Origin: Octopus sinensis
Taxonomy: Eukaryota
Direction of reading: 5' to 3'
Assembly (NCBI RefSeq): GCF_006345805.1
Contig: NC_043020.1
Span: forward strand, 9,548,001 to 9,612,000
Length of the DNA: 64,000 nucleotides
In this document: positions 21,971-36,266 of the stretch, piece by piece
Layout: every line of letters begins with the position of its first letter
Position numbering within the stretch: position 1 is the first letter of the stretch
Program-made: the position numbers and the translations under genes
The notes under the pieces: generated by a model
Databases searched by the model: none
What the model was told of the DNA's origin: nothing
What the model saw: only the letters and a program-made list of their open reading frames with translations

Positions 21971-22663
21971 GTCAGTCTATCTATCTATCTATTTCTCTCT
22001 TTCTCTTTTACTTGTTTCAGTCATTTGACTGTGGCCATGCTGGAGCACTGCCTTTAGTCGACAAATCGACCCCGGGACTTATTCTTTGTAAGCCCAGTAC
22101 TTATTCTATGGGTCTCTTTTGCCGAACCGCTAAGTGACGGGGACGTAAACACACCAGCATCGGTCGTCAAGCAATGCTAGGGGGACAAACACAGACACAC
22201 AAACACACACACACACATACATATATATATATACATATATACAACAGGCTTCTTTCAGTTTCCGTCTACCAAATCCACTCACAAGGCATTGGTCGGCCCG
22301 GGGCTATAGCAGAAGACACTTGCCCAAGATGCCACGCAGTGGGACTGAACCCAGAACCATGTGGTTGGTTAGCAAGCTACTTACCACACAGCCACTCCTG
22401 CGCGTATCGATATATTTTTTTTTTACGATCCCTTTTGATCAAAAACCAAACCCCCTTTTTTATCCCCAAAAGAAAAGCTCTACCTTGTAATTTGTCCCGT
22501 CTTTGTGCAGCCCTGTGTGGCTAATAAAGAAACATATCTATCTATCTATCTGTCTGTCTGTTTATCTGTCTGTCTGTCTATCTATCAATCAATCAATCAA
22601 TCTATCTATCTATCTATCTATCTGTCTGTCTGTCTGTCTATCAATCAATCAGTCAGTCAGTCA

Positions 22664-22695
<32 letters not shown>

Positions 22696-23716
22696 GTCTA
22701 TCTATCTATCCATCCATCCATCCATCCATCCATCCCTCTCTCCCTCTGTTTGTCTCTCTACTATTATACCCATACACATATAAAATATATAATGTAATAT
22801 AATACTCATAATACACACATATACATGTACCTAATATGACTACTGGAACCAACTGTAAGCCAAATTTGCTCCAATGAAGAAGGGAACATATGTAATGACC
22901 TCAGTACTCGAATACCAGAGATAGAATAATATGCTTCATCAATAAAGCTGCACAAATCCACTCACAAGGCATTGGTCGGCCCGGGGCTATAGCAGAAGAC
23001 ACTTGCCCAAGATGCCACGCAGTGGGACTGAACCCAGAACCATGTGGTTGGTAAACAAGCTACTTACCACACAGCCACTCCTATATATGTATATATAGTA
23101 AGATGCTTAAATAATTAATTCAAAATTTTTAAACTATCAAATTTATTTTACACATTATATTTATATTTTTATATTTATTTATTTATATATATTTTTAATA
23201 CAATAATTTCTTTCACACGGGTATATCTTTATGATCAGTTTGGATATCAATTTCCTTAGATTAATAATAATAATATATTATTATTAAAAAATATATGTAT
23301 ATATTATAGGCGCTGTGTGGTAAGTAGCTTGCTAACCAACCACATGGTTCCGGGTTCAGTCCCACTGCGTGGCATCTTGGGCAAGTGTCTTCTGCTATAG
23401 CCCCGGACCGACCAATGCCTTGTGAGTGGATTTGGTAGACGGAAACTGAAAGAAGCATGTCGTATATATATATATAAGTGTGTGTGTATATGTTTGTGTG
23501 TCTGTGTTTGTCCCCCTAGCATTGCTTGACAACCGATGCTGGTGTGTTTACGTCCCCGTCACTTAGCGGTTCGGCAAAAGAGACCGATAGAATAAGTACT
23601 GGGCTTACAAAAAGAATAAGTCCCGGGGTCGATTTGCTCGACTAAAGGCGGTGCTCCAGCATGGCTGCAGTCAAATGACTGAAACAAGTAAAAGAGTAAA
23701 GAGATATAGCACATAT

Positions 23717-23759
<43 letters not shown>

Positions 23760-24351
23760 CACGACATATAAGATTAATAATTTAAATTAAGAAAGGAGAA
23801 ATCAAATTGATATTACAATTATTTCTGTAAATGGACAATATTTTAATTCCATATTTCTTACAGTGTTATGCAATTCATACAGCGTTATGTAACACATGCC
23901 ATATATGGAAGTGTGTAATAATTCCATAGTCCATTCACCTTCTCACATGTTATGATTTGAAGGCACCATTGGAAGCAGGGGCTGCACCAGGCTCCAGTCT
24001 GATCTGGCAGTGTTTCTACAGCTGGATGCCCTTCCTAATGCCAACCACTCCGTGAGTGTAGTGGGTGCTTTTTACGTGCCACCTGCACAGGTGTTAGGGG
24101 AGGCTGGCAGCGGCCACGATCGGTTGGTGCTTTTTACGTGCCACCAGCGCAGAAGCCAGTCAAGGCGGCGCTGGCATCGGCCACGTTCGGATGGTGCTCT
24201 TTACGTACCACCGGCACAGGTATCACAACTACAATTTCCATTTGATATATATTCTTTTATTCTTTTATTTGTTTCAGTCATTTCACTGTGGCTATATGCT
24301 AGAGCACCACCTTTAGTCAAACAATTAGATCCCAGGACTTATTCTTTGTAA

Positions 24352-24459
24352 GATAATAATAATAATAATAATAATAATTGTGTACAGTGCTCAGGTGCAC
24401 TACAACTCATCTAAAGTGTATATATAATCAGGTGTAGTTTCGGCGGATTTCGGTAAGCA
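24352..24459 (-). mobile_element. 5'-truncated CR1-type LINE 3' end inserted in SINE-A
   Basis: (ata)n tail plus tgtgtacagtgctcaggtgcac, same as 41143-41240; flanked by gtaag. The uninterrupted paralog is at 32810-32830. Confidence 0.8.
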
Positions 24460-25044
24460 TAGTACTTATTCTTTCAGTTTCTTTTACTGAACCGCTAAGT
24501 TACAGAGACATAAACACACCAACATTGGTTGTCAAACAATGGCAGAGGGACAAACACAGACACACAAATACTTGGTCAGCAAGTTTAACTTATAAAAGTA
24601 AAAGATACAAAAATATAAAGTAGGGTGCTAGAATACCACTTGCTAGAAAGAGGAGTTAACACTCCAAAATTTCTCACTTAATAGTGAGAAATTTATTTAT
24701 GTGTGTAAGGTGGGTGAAAATTATAGGTGTCCTAAGAGAATGAAACAAGGTACAGAGGAAGTGGGGGCGGGATGTGTTATGGGTGAAACGTGAGAAAGAA
24801 AGAAAGAAAGAATCAAGAACATCGTGAAAGTGAGAGACAATAAATAGAACTGAAATTATCTCCACAATGTTCTTGAGAGATCTAAGAAAGTGAGGTGAGT
24901 GTTGTACTGAAAGACAAGGATAGTTAAGGATAGAGAGAAATTAAGAGTATAAACAAGCGACAGATTGATGAAGGGGGAGCGATTTGGGGATAGATTTTGA
25001 AAGAAAACGGGAGGATAGATTTGGTAGATTGAACGGAATAAAAA

Positions 25045-25047
25045 AGA

Positions 25048-25107
<60 letters not shown>

Positions 25108-26045
25108 ATAGAGAGTAAGAGAGAGAAGAATAGAGAGTAAGAGAGAGAGAGACGATTAGAGAGAAAGGGAGAGAGAGATACGGAGAGAGAGAGAGACGAT
25201 TAGAGAGAAAGAGAGAGAAGAATAGAGAGAAAGGGGGAGAGAGAGATAAGGATAGAGAGAGATATACGGATATATATATATATAAGGATAGAGAGAGAGA
25301 GATAAGGATAGAGAGAGAGAGAGAGACGATTAGAGAGAAAGAGAGAGAGACGATTAGAGAGAAAGAGAGAGAAGAATAGAGAGAAAGGGAGAGAGAGATA
25401 TAAGGATAGAGAGATATATACGGATAGAGAGAAAGAGAGAGAGATATATAAGGATAGAGAGAGAGATATGGATAGAGAAATAAGGATAGAGAGAGAGAGA
25501 GATACGGATAGAGAGAAAGAGAGAGAAGGATAGAGAGAAAGAGATAGAGAGAAAGAGAGAGAGAGAAGGATAGAGAGAAGGATAGAGAGAAAGATAGAGA
25601 GAGAAGGATAGAGAGAAAGAGATAGAGAGAAATAGAGAGAGAGAAGGATAGAGAGAGTAAAGAATAGAGAGAAAGAGATAGAGAGAAGGATAGAGAGAAA
25701 TAGAGAGAGAGAAGGATAGAGAGAGAGAGATATGGATAGAGAAATAAGGATAGAGAGAGAGAGATACGGATAGAGAGAAAGAGAGAGAGAAGGATAGAGA
25801 GAAAGAAATAGAGAGAAAGAGAGAGAGAAGGATAGAGAGAAGGATAGAGAGAAAGATATAGAGAGAAGGATAGAGAGAAGAGGTAGAGAGAAATAGAGAG
25901 AGAGAAGGATAGAGAGAGTAAAGAATAGAGAGAAAGAGATAGAGAGAAGGATAGAGAGAAATAGAGAGAGAGAAGGATAGGGAGAGAGAAGAATAGAGAA
26001 AGAGAGAGAGAAGGAGAGAGAGAGAGAGAAGGAGAGAGAGAGAGA
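25045..26045 (+). repeat. ~1-kb compound (GA)n-rich polypurine satellite
   Basis: Units such as gagagagaaggata and gagagaaagagata, almost free of pyrimidines apart from spaced T. It generates the spurious SLSL ORFs. Confidence 0.95.
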
Positions 26046-27136
26046 GGACAAAGTTTATTATCGAGAGATGTGAAAAGAAATATTGCGATTATAAATCCGG
26101 ATATTTGTAAATATATCGGATCCAACCCCAACCATTCATCCTAAATGTTGCCTTCTTTCCGTCACAATTCCTTCTCAAGTTTTCTCATCTTTCTATCCTC
26201 CGCCACCTAACGTTTCCGCCTCTCTTTTATGCTTCTTCTTCTTCGTCTCCTTCACCAACTTTCACTCCCGCCGAATTTACCCACGAACGTCACCAATGTC
26301 GACATATAAAATTCCATAGGTCATCCAGATGTGTCAGACCTCGACTGACCTCTGTACCGTAAGGCTGGCGATCAATTGTTTGCTTGCCGTTCGTTGACTA
26401 TTAAATACATGAATTGATTCGAGGGCATGAGGACGAGGTGGAACAGTGGGGGGTCATAGCAGTGATTAAAAAACAGAAATTAAAAAAAAAAAAGGAAAGG
26501 AAGAAAAAGTAACTAAACCAAATTTTATATATATATTTATTGTGTTATTTATTGATAATATTACTATTTATTATTTATATTTATATTGTGTGGTGTCACA
26601 CATGATATGGCTGGAATATTATATAAAGATCTGACAAAATAACGACAATTTAGCTGTTGACTAAGTTTATTCTGCTGTCCGAGTTAACTAAGTTGTCTAA
26701 TAAGGCAAAGAAATTGGGCAGTATTGCTTGAATTTACTTAAAACAAACCCACATACACGCGTACATACGTGCATATATACAAATATACACACACATAGCA
26801 AAAACTATCCGACGAACGGGAACGTAAAACTCAGAGTAACAGGTTTTGTTGAATTTTCTGCTGCTTTTAAATAAAGCATATATATATATATATATATATA
26901 TGTTTTAACAATTAAGGATAACTTCTTAATAAGGAATCTTAACAAGAAATTATCAGGTAGAGGTTTTTCACGTTATATATATACAGCCGTACATACATAC
27001 AACATACATATACAGAAGCAGAAAATACTTATAAACACAATATATATTATATATATATCTATATAATATTATATATATTGGCGATCCGCCTATATATTAT
27101 AGATATATATATATAATCATACACAGACACATTATC

Positions 27137-27167
<31 letters not shown>

Positions 27168-27184
27168 CACGGACACATTATATA

Positions 27185-27223
<39 letters not shown>

Positions 27224-27634
27224 CATCATACACGGACACATACACGTGCACGCACATAGACACATACATACATACATCCATGTAGTACATACACACATAC
27301 ACACACGGAATATCCATTATTATTAAACTCGCCATGCAACAACGTAATTGAAAGAAAAGAAAAGAACAGAACAACAAATAGGACAGCAACAAAAGGGGAA
27401 GTCACTCTGAAGTGGTTTTTTTTCTTTTTGAGAGTTGTCAATTTCATTCGGATTGTGGTGTGAGGTGTTGGTTGGTTGGTGATCATTATTATCTCGGTTA
27501 CGTAAAACCAAACATCACCAAATAAAAACAGAAGGACGAATTTTCTGTTTTTTTTTCTTCTTTCGTTTTTCATTCCTACATTACATTCCTTCACATTCCT
27601 CAGCTGTTTCTTCACATGATCCGATCTTGACAAG

Positions 27635-27699
27635 ATGCCGAACGTAGAAATGAAATTCAGTTACCATCACGTTGTCATATTCTGTTTGACATTTTTAAG
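27635..27699 (+). CDS. SLC37A3: SLC37A3-like sugar-phosphate exchanger (MFS), first coding exon
   Basis: MPNVEMKFSYHHVVIFCLTFL-S resembles SLC37A3 N-terminal HHHVVVFLLTFFS. Acceptor cag at 27601-27603; donor AG|gtaagg. Confidence 0.8.
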
Positions 27700-27714
27700 G
27701 TAAGGAAAGAAATA

Positions 27715-27756
27715 TATATCTATATCTATCTATCTGTCTATCTATCTATCTGTCTG

Positions 27757-27790
<34 letters not shown>

Positions 27791-27832
27791 ATCTATCTAT
27801 CTATCTATCTATCTATCTACGTATATATAATG

Positions 27833-27898
<66 letters not shown>

Positions 27899-27989
27899 CG
27901 TATATATATGTATCTATATGTATATCTATATCTATATATGTATATATATATATATAGATACATATATATGTACATATATATATATGTAG

Positions 27990-28020
<31 letters not shown>

Positions 28021-28021
28021 A

Positions 28022-28054
<33 letters not shown>

Positions 28055-28142
28055 TATATATATGTATGTATGTATATATATGTATGTATATGTATGTATA
28101 TATATGTATATATATATGTATATATATATATATGTATATATG

Positions 28143-28175
<33 letters not shown>

Positions 28176-28185
28176 GTATGTATAT
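27715..28185. repeat. Compound (TATC)n/(TA)n microsatellite
   Basis: Directly visible. Similar tracts at 22540-22740, 39260-39820, 40590-40880, (CTT)n 52060-52225 and (CAT)n 56810-56995. Confidence 0.95.
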
Positions 28186-31100
28186 AATGCTTAACTTTTT
28201 AACGTATTTTTCTTCTTCATGATGTTATATAAGAACAACACAAAAATAAACGCACATATATTTCGAAATATACACTCGTTTATATAAAGACACATACGTA
28301 TACCTTTTATTAAAAGAGGGAAACTTTCTTTGTATTGTTTGTGATCGACGTGTAACCATGTCGTATCGACCCAACGAAGTTTTTGTCACTCGACCTACTG
28401 GAAAGAACAACCAAAATCTCCCCTTAACTCGTACCCCACCGCCTTAAAAAAGGAAAGGATTACACATAAGAGAAATTTGATCTAGATCCCCCTCCCCACA
28501 AAAAAAGGTCACGTCTAGCATGGTCTCGATCGTGAGTCTGTTTAATCAGGTTTGACTGGGAGCTAAACAAAAACGGCGATATACGTACACAGATGTGTCC
28601 CCACCGATTTTGTTTCTTCATAACTTCCAGAAGAATGGACATTTTTCAAAGAAAGTAGGCTTCGGATTGTTTAGATTTCGGTTAGATCGGAATTTGTTGT
28701 CAAAAGAAAAAAAAAAAAGTTTCCGCGGGTGGGGAGAGGAGTTTCAAAAAATTCTCAAGTCTATTTTGTTTCCTTATAACATAATGGAAAATTGGTACCT
28801 ATTTTTTTAATGAAATTTTCTGCAAAATATCTTTAAGAATGCGTAGATTACGATTATATACGATTAATAAGAGAAAAAAACAAGACAATGGTGAACACAC
28901 ATACGCATTGACAATTTTTTTCGAAATTTCAAGTTTCTAGGTAACTAAAAAATTTTAACTTCGTATACTGGTAGAATGTGTTTATAAAACATCTTTTTCT
29001 CTTGGCTTTATTGAGAAAATTCTATAGTTTGTAAGATATTCGTTGTTTTTCTTCAATTTCTGCAATTTCAACCAATCAATGACGTCTATTGAGGTGAAAA
29101 CATTCTGTGCCGTATGAATATGTCCCTCGTTTAAGAAACAGATTGGGTTTATTTACATTTGTGAAGAAAAAAAGATACCCTTCCCCTCACCCCTAACACT
29201 AACCCTAACCCTATCGGAATCTACACCATCTGAATGAAGCGTATTAGAAAATACCAATTTTTCTGAAAGTTACGAGGAAACAAAGTCGGGGTGGGGTGGG
29301 AGACACACTTGTGTAGGTAAGCTAAAAGTTAAACCTAAGTTCTTTAAGTATGTAAACATGAAAACAATTGCTTTTATTTTATATTTAGTTTGCTTATTTT
29401 AACATTGTTATTGTTTTATCTTGCTCTTAATCATAATAGATAATAATTTTGTTTCGGTTATCATTATTCTAAGTGTTATTTTTTTGCCAAAATTATTTTT
29501 CTGTTTCTTTTTTATCTGGATTCAATTCATTGAAAGGAAGAAGTAATTAATAAATTAACTTTATTCTAATTGAACCAGTACTTGGAATATAAATCAACAT
29601 GGAATTGTGGTGGATGGTTTTATTCTTTTTTTTTACCTAGCTCACTTCAAAGCATGAAATTCATGTTGTAGAACCAGGGATGGTCTCAGATTGGTTGGTA
29701 TCAAAAGGGTTATAAGGTGGCGAGCTGGCAGAAACGTTAGCGTGCTGGGCGAAATGCATAGCCGTATTTCGTCTGCCGTTACGTTCTGAGTTCAAATTCA
29801 GCCGAGGTCGACTTTGCCTTTCATCCTTTCGGGGTCGATAAATTAAGTACCAGTTACGCACTGGGGTCGATGTAATCGACTTAATACCTATGTCTGTCCT
29901 TGTTTGTCCTCTCTGTGTTTAACCCCTTGTGGGTAGTAAAGAAATAGGTATTTCGTCTGCCATTACGTTCTGAGTTCAAATTCCGCCGAGGTCGACTTTG
30001 CCTTTCATCCTATTAGGTTCGATTAAATAAGTACCAGTTATGCACTGGGGTCGATGTAATCGACTTAATCCTTTTGTCTGTTCTTGTTTGTCCCCTCTGT
30101 GTTTAGCCCCTTGTGGGTAGTAAAGAAATAGGTATCAAGAGGGTTAAGGTATCTTGCTTTACATTTTGATTTCACATTCAGCTGTAGTCGACTTTGATTT
30201 TCATCTCTCACCCTGCTGAACCATTTCAATGCAAATAAGTCAAGTATGTATGGTTTGATAACAATTCTGAGCTCAAATCCTGCTGAGATCATCTCTGCTT
30301 TTCTTCATACCAGGGTCGGTTTCAACAAAAGGTTTAGTAAGGGATTATAATGATATCAATGTATAAGAAACTAACATATTTTTTTAACCTAATTTTTGAC
30401 AAAAACGTGTTCCTTTATCATCATCATCATCATCATCATCATCATCGTTTAATGTCCACTTTCCATGCTAGCATGGGTTGGACGATTTGACTGAGGGCTG
30501 GCGAACCAGATGGCTGCACTAGACTCCAATCTTGATCTGGCAGAGTTTCTACAGCTGGATGCCCTTCCTAATGCCAACCACTCGGAGAGTGTAGTGGGTG
30601 CTTTTTACGTGCCACTAGCACGGGGGGGCAGTCAGGCGGTACTGGCAATGACCTCGCTCGAATCTTTTTACACGTGCCAGTGAAGCGATGTTGGTAACGT
30701 TCACGCTCGAATGGTGCCCTTTTACGTGCCACGGGTATGGAAGCCAGTTGGCTGCTCTGGCAACGATCATGCTCGGATGGTGCTCTTGGCACCCTACTAG
30801 CACAGGCATACATGTTAATACATGTTTATACATGTTAAAATATGGTAATTAACAGTAAAGTATCAAACATGTTCTTCTATTCTTATCAAGATTTGGTGCG
30901 ATTTGAGGGGTGGTGGTGGTGGTAGATTTGGTTGCTATTTCTTGCAGTTTGAATGACCACATAGGGAAATCCCCTCAGGTTCAAGCTGATGGTAGAGTTA
31001 TTCTTGTTGTGTGTGCAGTAATGATGTGATGCTGGTAGTGGTATATCATTGAATAGTGTCATAGAGATTGTGAGAGAGTTCACTTATGATGTACGTGCTT

Positions 31101-31190
31101 TGTTTATAGAAAGATATAAACAAACAATTGAAGTAAACAGATAAAACATTATCAGCACATGTGTGTGTGTGTGTGTGTGTGTGTGGAAGT

Positions 31191-31223
<33 letters not shown>

Positions 31224-31376
31224 TTTGAGGTATTGTGGGAAATTATGTGTGTGGTTATATGTTGCACTATGTAAATAGAAAACAATTAAGATTAAATATA
31301 TTGTATTGAAAATTTTTATTAATAGAGATGATGATTATGATAGTATTTTGCTCGTTTTGTTTTACTTAAATAAGTT

Positions 31377-31408
<32 letters not shown>

Positions 31409-34339
31409 TACATAGGTGTGTGTGTGTGTGTATGTTTTTGCATTCATATCTTTGTACATTTGTCTGTGCAGTCCTTTTGGCAACAACAAAATTCTGAATC
31501 GAATAAACTTATCTACATAGTAGCAGTTATGTTGCTGGGATATTTAATTGGGTGTGTATGGGGGTGTCATTTTAGGATATGATTTTGATTTGATTTTTCC
31601 AGTTTCAGCTCATGAGCTGTGGCCATGATGGGGCACCGCCATTTCGTCTGCCATTACGTTCTGAGTTCAAATTCTGGGGAGGTTGACTTTGCCTTTCATC
31701 CTTTCGGGGTCAATAAATTAAGTACCAGTTATGCACTGGGGTCGATGTAATCGACTTAATCCCTTTGTCTGTCCTTGTGTATCCTCTCTGTGTTTAGCCC
31801 CTTGTGGGTAGTAAAGAAATAGGTATCAAGAGGGTTAAGGTATCTTGCTTTACATTTTGATTTCAAATTCAGCTGTAGTCGACTTTGTTTTTCATCTCTC
31901 ACCCTGCTGAACCATTTCAATGCAAATAAGTCAAGTATGTATGGTTTGATAACAATTCTGAGCTCAAATCCTGCTGAGATCATCTCTGCTTTTCTTCATA
32001 CCAGGGTCGGTTTCAACAAAAGGTTTAGTAAGGGATTATAATGATATCAATGTATATATATATATATATCATCATCATCATCGTTTAACGTCTGTTTTTA
32101 ATGCTAGCATTGGTTGGACGGTTCGACTGGGGTCTGGGAAGCCAGGAGGCTGCACAAGGCTCCAGTCTGATCTGGCAGTGTTTCTACAGCTGGATGCCCT
32201 TCCTAACGCCAACCACTCCGAGAGTATAGTGGGTGCTTTTTACGTGCCACCGGTACAGGTGCTAGGGGAGGCTGGCAGCGGCCACGATCGGTTGGTGCTT
32301 TTTACGTGCCACCGGCGCAGAAGCCAGTCAAGGCAGCGCTGGGGTGTCATTTTAGGATATATATATATATCATCATCATCATCGTTTAACGTCTGTTTTC
32401 AATTCTAGCATGGGTTGGACGGTTCGACTGGGGTCTGGGAAGTCAGGAGGCTGCACAAGGCTCCAGTCTGATCTGGCAGTGTTTCTACAGCTGGATGCCC
32501 TTCCTAACGCCAACCACTCCGAGAGTATAGTGGGTGCTTTTTACGTGCCACCGGTACAGGTGCTAGGGGAGGCTGGCAGCGGCCACGATCGGTTGGTGCT
32601 TTTTACGTGCCACCAGCACAGAAGCCAGTCAAGGCGGCGCTGGCATCGGCCACGTTTGGATGGTGCTTTTTACGTGCCACCGGCACAGGTATCACAACTA
32701 CAATTTCCATTTGATATATATTCTTTTATTCTTTTACTTGTTTCAGTCATTTCACTGTGGCTATATGCTAGAGCACCACCTTTAGTCAAACAATTAGACC
32801 CCAGGACTTATTCTTTGTAAGCATAGTACTTATTCTTTCAGTTTCTTTTACTGAACCGCTAAGTTACAGAGACATAAACACACCAACATTGGTTGTCAAA
32901 CAATGGCAGAGGGACAAACACAGACACACAAATACTTGGTCAGCAAGTTTAACTTATAAAAGTAAAAGATACAAAAATATAAAGTAGGGTGCCAGAATAC
33001 CACTTGCTAGAAAGAGGAGTTAACACTCCAAAATTTCTCACTATTAAGTGAGAAATTTATTTATGTGTGTGTGTATGTGTGTGTATGCTGACACTCATAT
33101 ATATAATCAAATACCATATATAAATCTTTGTGTATCTGAGTAGACATACAAACATACTTCCTCATAGATTAGTCACTAGTTCTAAATAATGTTACATATG
33201 ATATCATTGTGTTTTTGTATTTTGATATTTTCTCTTTTGAGATCGCCATGATTTCCCTGTGATACCACTATATTTAGTGCCTCTTCATTACTGCAACCAT
33301 TACTGCTATTATTTGTGTCTTCATTTGACCCTGTTCTATCTTATCTGTGCCTCTCAGTTGATGCCTACTCATTGCACTAATAAGCAGTGACTTAATTACT
33401 GACAACCATTAGCAAAATGATTACATCAAAGCTTAATGATTTCTGACAAAAGCATAATTCCTCGAAATCTGTTGGGTGCAACATAGTTAATTAAATTCAC
33501 ATCCAATACTTGATTGGTGTTTAATTTCATGAAGAACGAGGACTGGAAATCATGACAAAATGAACTTAGAATTCAGACTAGCTTAACCCTTTAGTGTTCA
33601 GATTACTCTGTCAAATATAATGCTTTTTCATTCACATTCATCATCATCATCATCATCATTTAACGTCCACTTTCCATGCTAGCATGGGTTGGACGGTTCA
33701 ACTGGGGTCTGGGGAGCCGAAGGCTGCACCAGGCCAGTCAGATCTGGCAGTTTTCTACAGCTGGATGCCCTTCCTAACGCCAATCACTCCGAGAGTGTAG
33801 TGGGTGATTTTATGTGCCACCGACACAGGTGCCAGACGAGGCTGGCGAACGGCCACGCTCGGATGGTGTTTTTTATGTGCCACCGACACAGGTGCCAGAT
33901 GAGGCTGGCAGACGGCCACGCTCGGATGGTGCTTTTATGTGCCACCGACACAGGTGCCAGACGAGGCTGGCGAACGGCCACGATCGGATGGTGTTTGTTA
34001 CGTGCCCACAGCACGGAGGCCAGTCGATGCGGTACTGGCTACGGCCACGTTCGGATGGTTTTCTTGTGTGCCACCGGCACTGGTACCACAAAGATACAAA
34101 TTCCATTGATGTTCATCTATTTTGATTTTTGATTTTCACTTGCCTCAACAGGTCTTCACAAGTGTCACAAGAAGGAAGGTCACATTGTTTTGAATTAATC
34201 CTGCATTATCTTGTAGCTCTGAGAATTTGATGATGGGATGGTTTATTTTGAGGATGTCATTGTAGGATATGAGTGAAAGGCCAGATCTAGATGGTTTGAA
34301 CATAAACGCAGTAGAAAATTTGGGCCAGATATGGCCGGT

Positions 34340-34568
34340 TTAACCCTTTTGATACCAACCCAGCTGAAACCAGCTCTGGCTTTTTAGTACAAATGTTTTG
34401 TTTTCATAAGTTTTGAATTAAAATCTTCCACCAAACCTTAGTCACAATTTATGTTCCTAACACCAGCTTAATGATAACTGAGTTGTTTTGCTAAATTCTT
34501 TGTTATATTTAAAATAATTGCTAGGAAAACAGAGCATCTCAAAATAAATACAGTAACGAAAGGGTTAA
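34340..34568. mobile_element. piggyBac-like MITE (TTAA-CCCTT...AAGGG-TTAA)
   Basis: Terminal inverted repeats with TTAA at both ends. A cleaner copy at 44700-44930 has 18-bp perfect inverted ends and sits inside a SINE-D. A partial copy lies at ~38100-38240. Confidence 0.7.
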
Positions 34569-35459
34569 GGTGACCCGCTTTACACGCGGATGAAGGTGTG
34601 GTTGTTACTTTCTGTTTCTTATCACCACATTCTCCCTCTTTGTTTCTCTCTCCTTTCTCTTTCACTTTCTCTCGGACTCTCCCTCGCTTTCTCTTATGCG
34701 TGCACGTAAAATCATCATCATCATCATCGTTTAGCATCCGTCTTCCATGCTAGCATGGGTTGGACGGTTCAACTGGGGTCTGTGAAGCCGGAAGACTTCA
34801 TCAGGCCCAGTCATATCTGGCAGTGTTTCTACGGCTGGATGCCCTTCCTAACGCCAACCACTCCGTGAGTGTAGTGGGTGCTTTTTACGTGCCACCTGCA
34901 CAGGTGCCAGACGAGGCTGGCAAACGGCCACGAACGGATGGTGCTTTTTATGTGCCAAAATAATTCAAAATTACTTAAAATTTTGTGAAATTTGATACTT
35001 TCTTCTGGTATATTTTGACGGTTCATGATTCAAATGAAAGCTAAAATTTTGGCCTTTAACACAATACCATTTTTACCCATGTCAACCAAATAATGCAAAC
35101 AGAATAAAATTAAATCTAAAAATAGGGCAAAAATGATCTCTTTTTAAAAGTTGAAAAATTTTACCCCCCTTTCCAAAATCCTTCAAATTAAAGATAACCA
35201 CTTCTAGCCCCTGCAGCAACATGGAAAGCCACCATTATTCAAACAGCACAACCTGTCTATCCCATAAAACTCAATTTTTCCTATATTCCCTCACCATGGC
35301 AACCAAACGGTAGCCCCAAGTGACTTGCAACCCTCCTCACACCATTGCCCACCCCATTTTACCCCACAGTGTAAATTTTGGTGCCAATCCAACCCCATCT
35401 ACCAGCCCTTAAACCGTTTCCATCTCAAAATGAGACAAATAACCAAGAAATCGAACAAC

Positions 35460-35945
35460 TTTTTCGCACTTCAGCTTTCATCATCATTGTTCGACCGTGG
35501 TCGAGACAATGGAATTTACTATGTTACGCCAGACTTCACGGTCCATCATGGCATTACGGACGTCCTGTTGCTGGATGCCTGTATCCCTGGAGATTACATC
35601 AGGGTAGGAGAGTGTGCGCCCTCTGGTATTGCGAGTAGATGGCTTCCAGGGGAGAAGAGTAGAAATTACCTCTTTTTCAGCTCTACAACAATGTCCAGCA
35701 CACTGGACTCTCCTACCTTTCACAAGAGATGACACAGGTGGTAGTTTCCCATATATTTGCATTTTGGTTGGATGACGTTTCCACAGGAGATTTTGAGCTC
35801 TCATAAGGAGGCAAGTGTAGGTTCCATCCAACCGCCTCTCAAGCTTCTTTGATAACGTCCAGGTTTCCGAGCCCTATAGTAGAATTGGTTCGACTGTGGC
35901 TTTGAAGATTTCAGCTTTATAGATATTGATGGCAGAAATATAATT
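35460..35945 (-). mobile_element. RTE-clade LINE 3' fragment
   Basis: ETWTLSKKLERRLDGTYT...RRVQCAGHC.R...; (gat)n-type tail. Confidence 0.8.
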
Positions 35946-36235
35946 AAAAGCCACAATGTATTTTACCAGCACCTCTCCTGATTTAGCCATACCCCGACCT
36001 TATAATACTCTTTTACTCTCTTTTTTACTCTTTTACTTGTTCCAGTCATTTGACTGTGGCTATGCTGGAGCACCGCCTTTAGTCGAGCAACTCGACCCCA
36101 CGACTTATTCTTTTGTAAGCTCTGTACTTATTCTATCGGTCTCTTTTGCCGAACCGCTAAGTGACGTGGACGTAAACACACCAGCATTGGTTGTCAAGCA
36201 ATGTTGGGGGGACAAACACAGACGCACAAACGTAT

Positions 36236-36266
<31 letters not shown>

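Noticed and set aside
24941-26131. 396-aa and 283-aa Ser/Leu-rich ORFs
   Set aside because: They are translations of the (GA)n satellite. The same applies to the YI/CV-rich ORFs at 27830-28222 and 39110-39831 and the poly-R/D/S ORFs at 51976 and 56775-57037.
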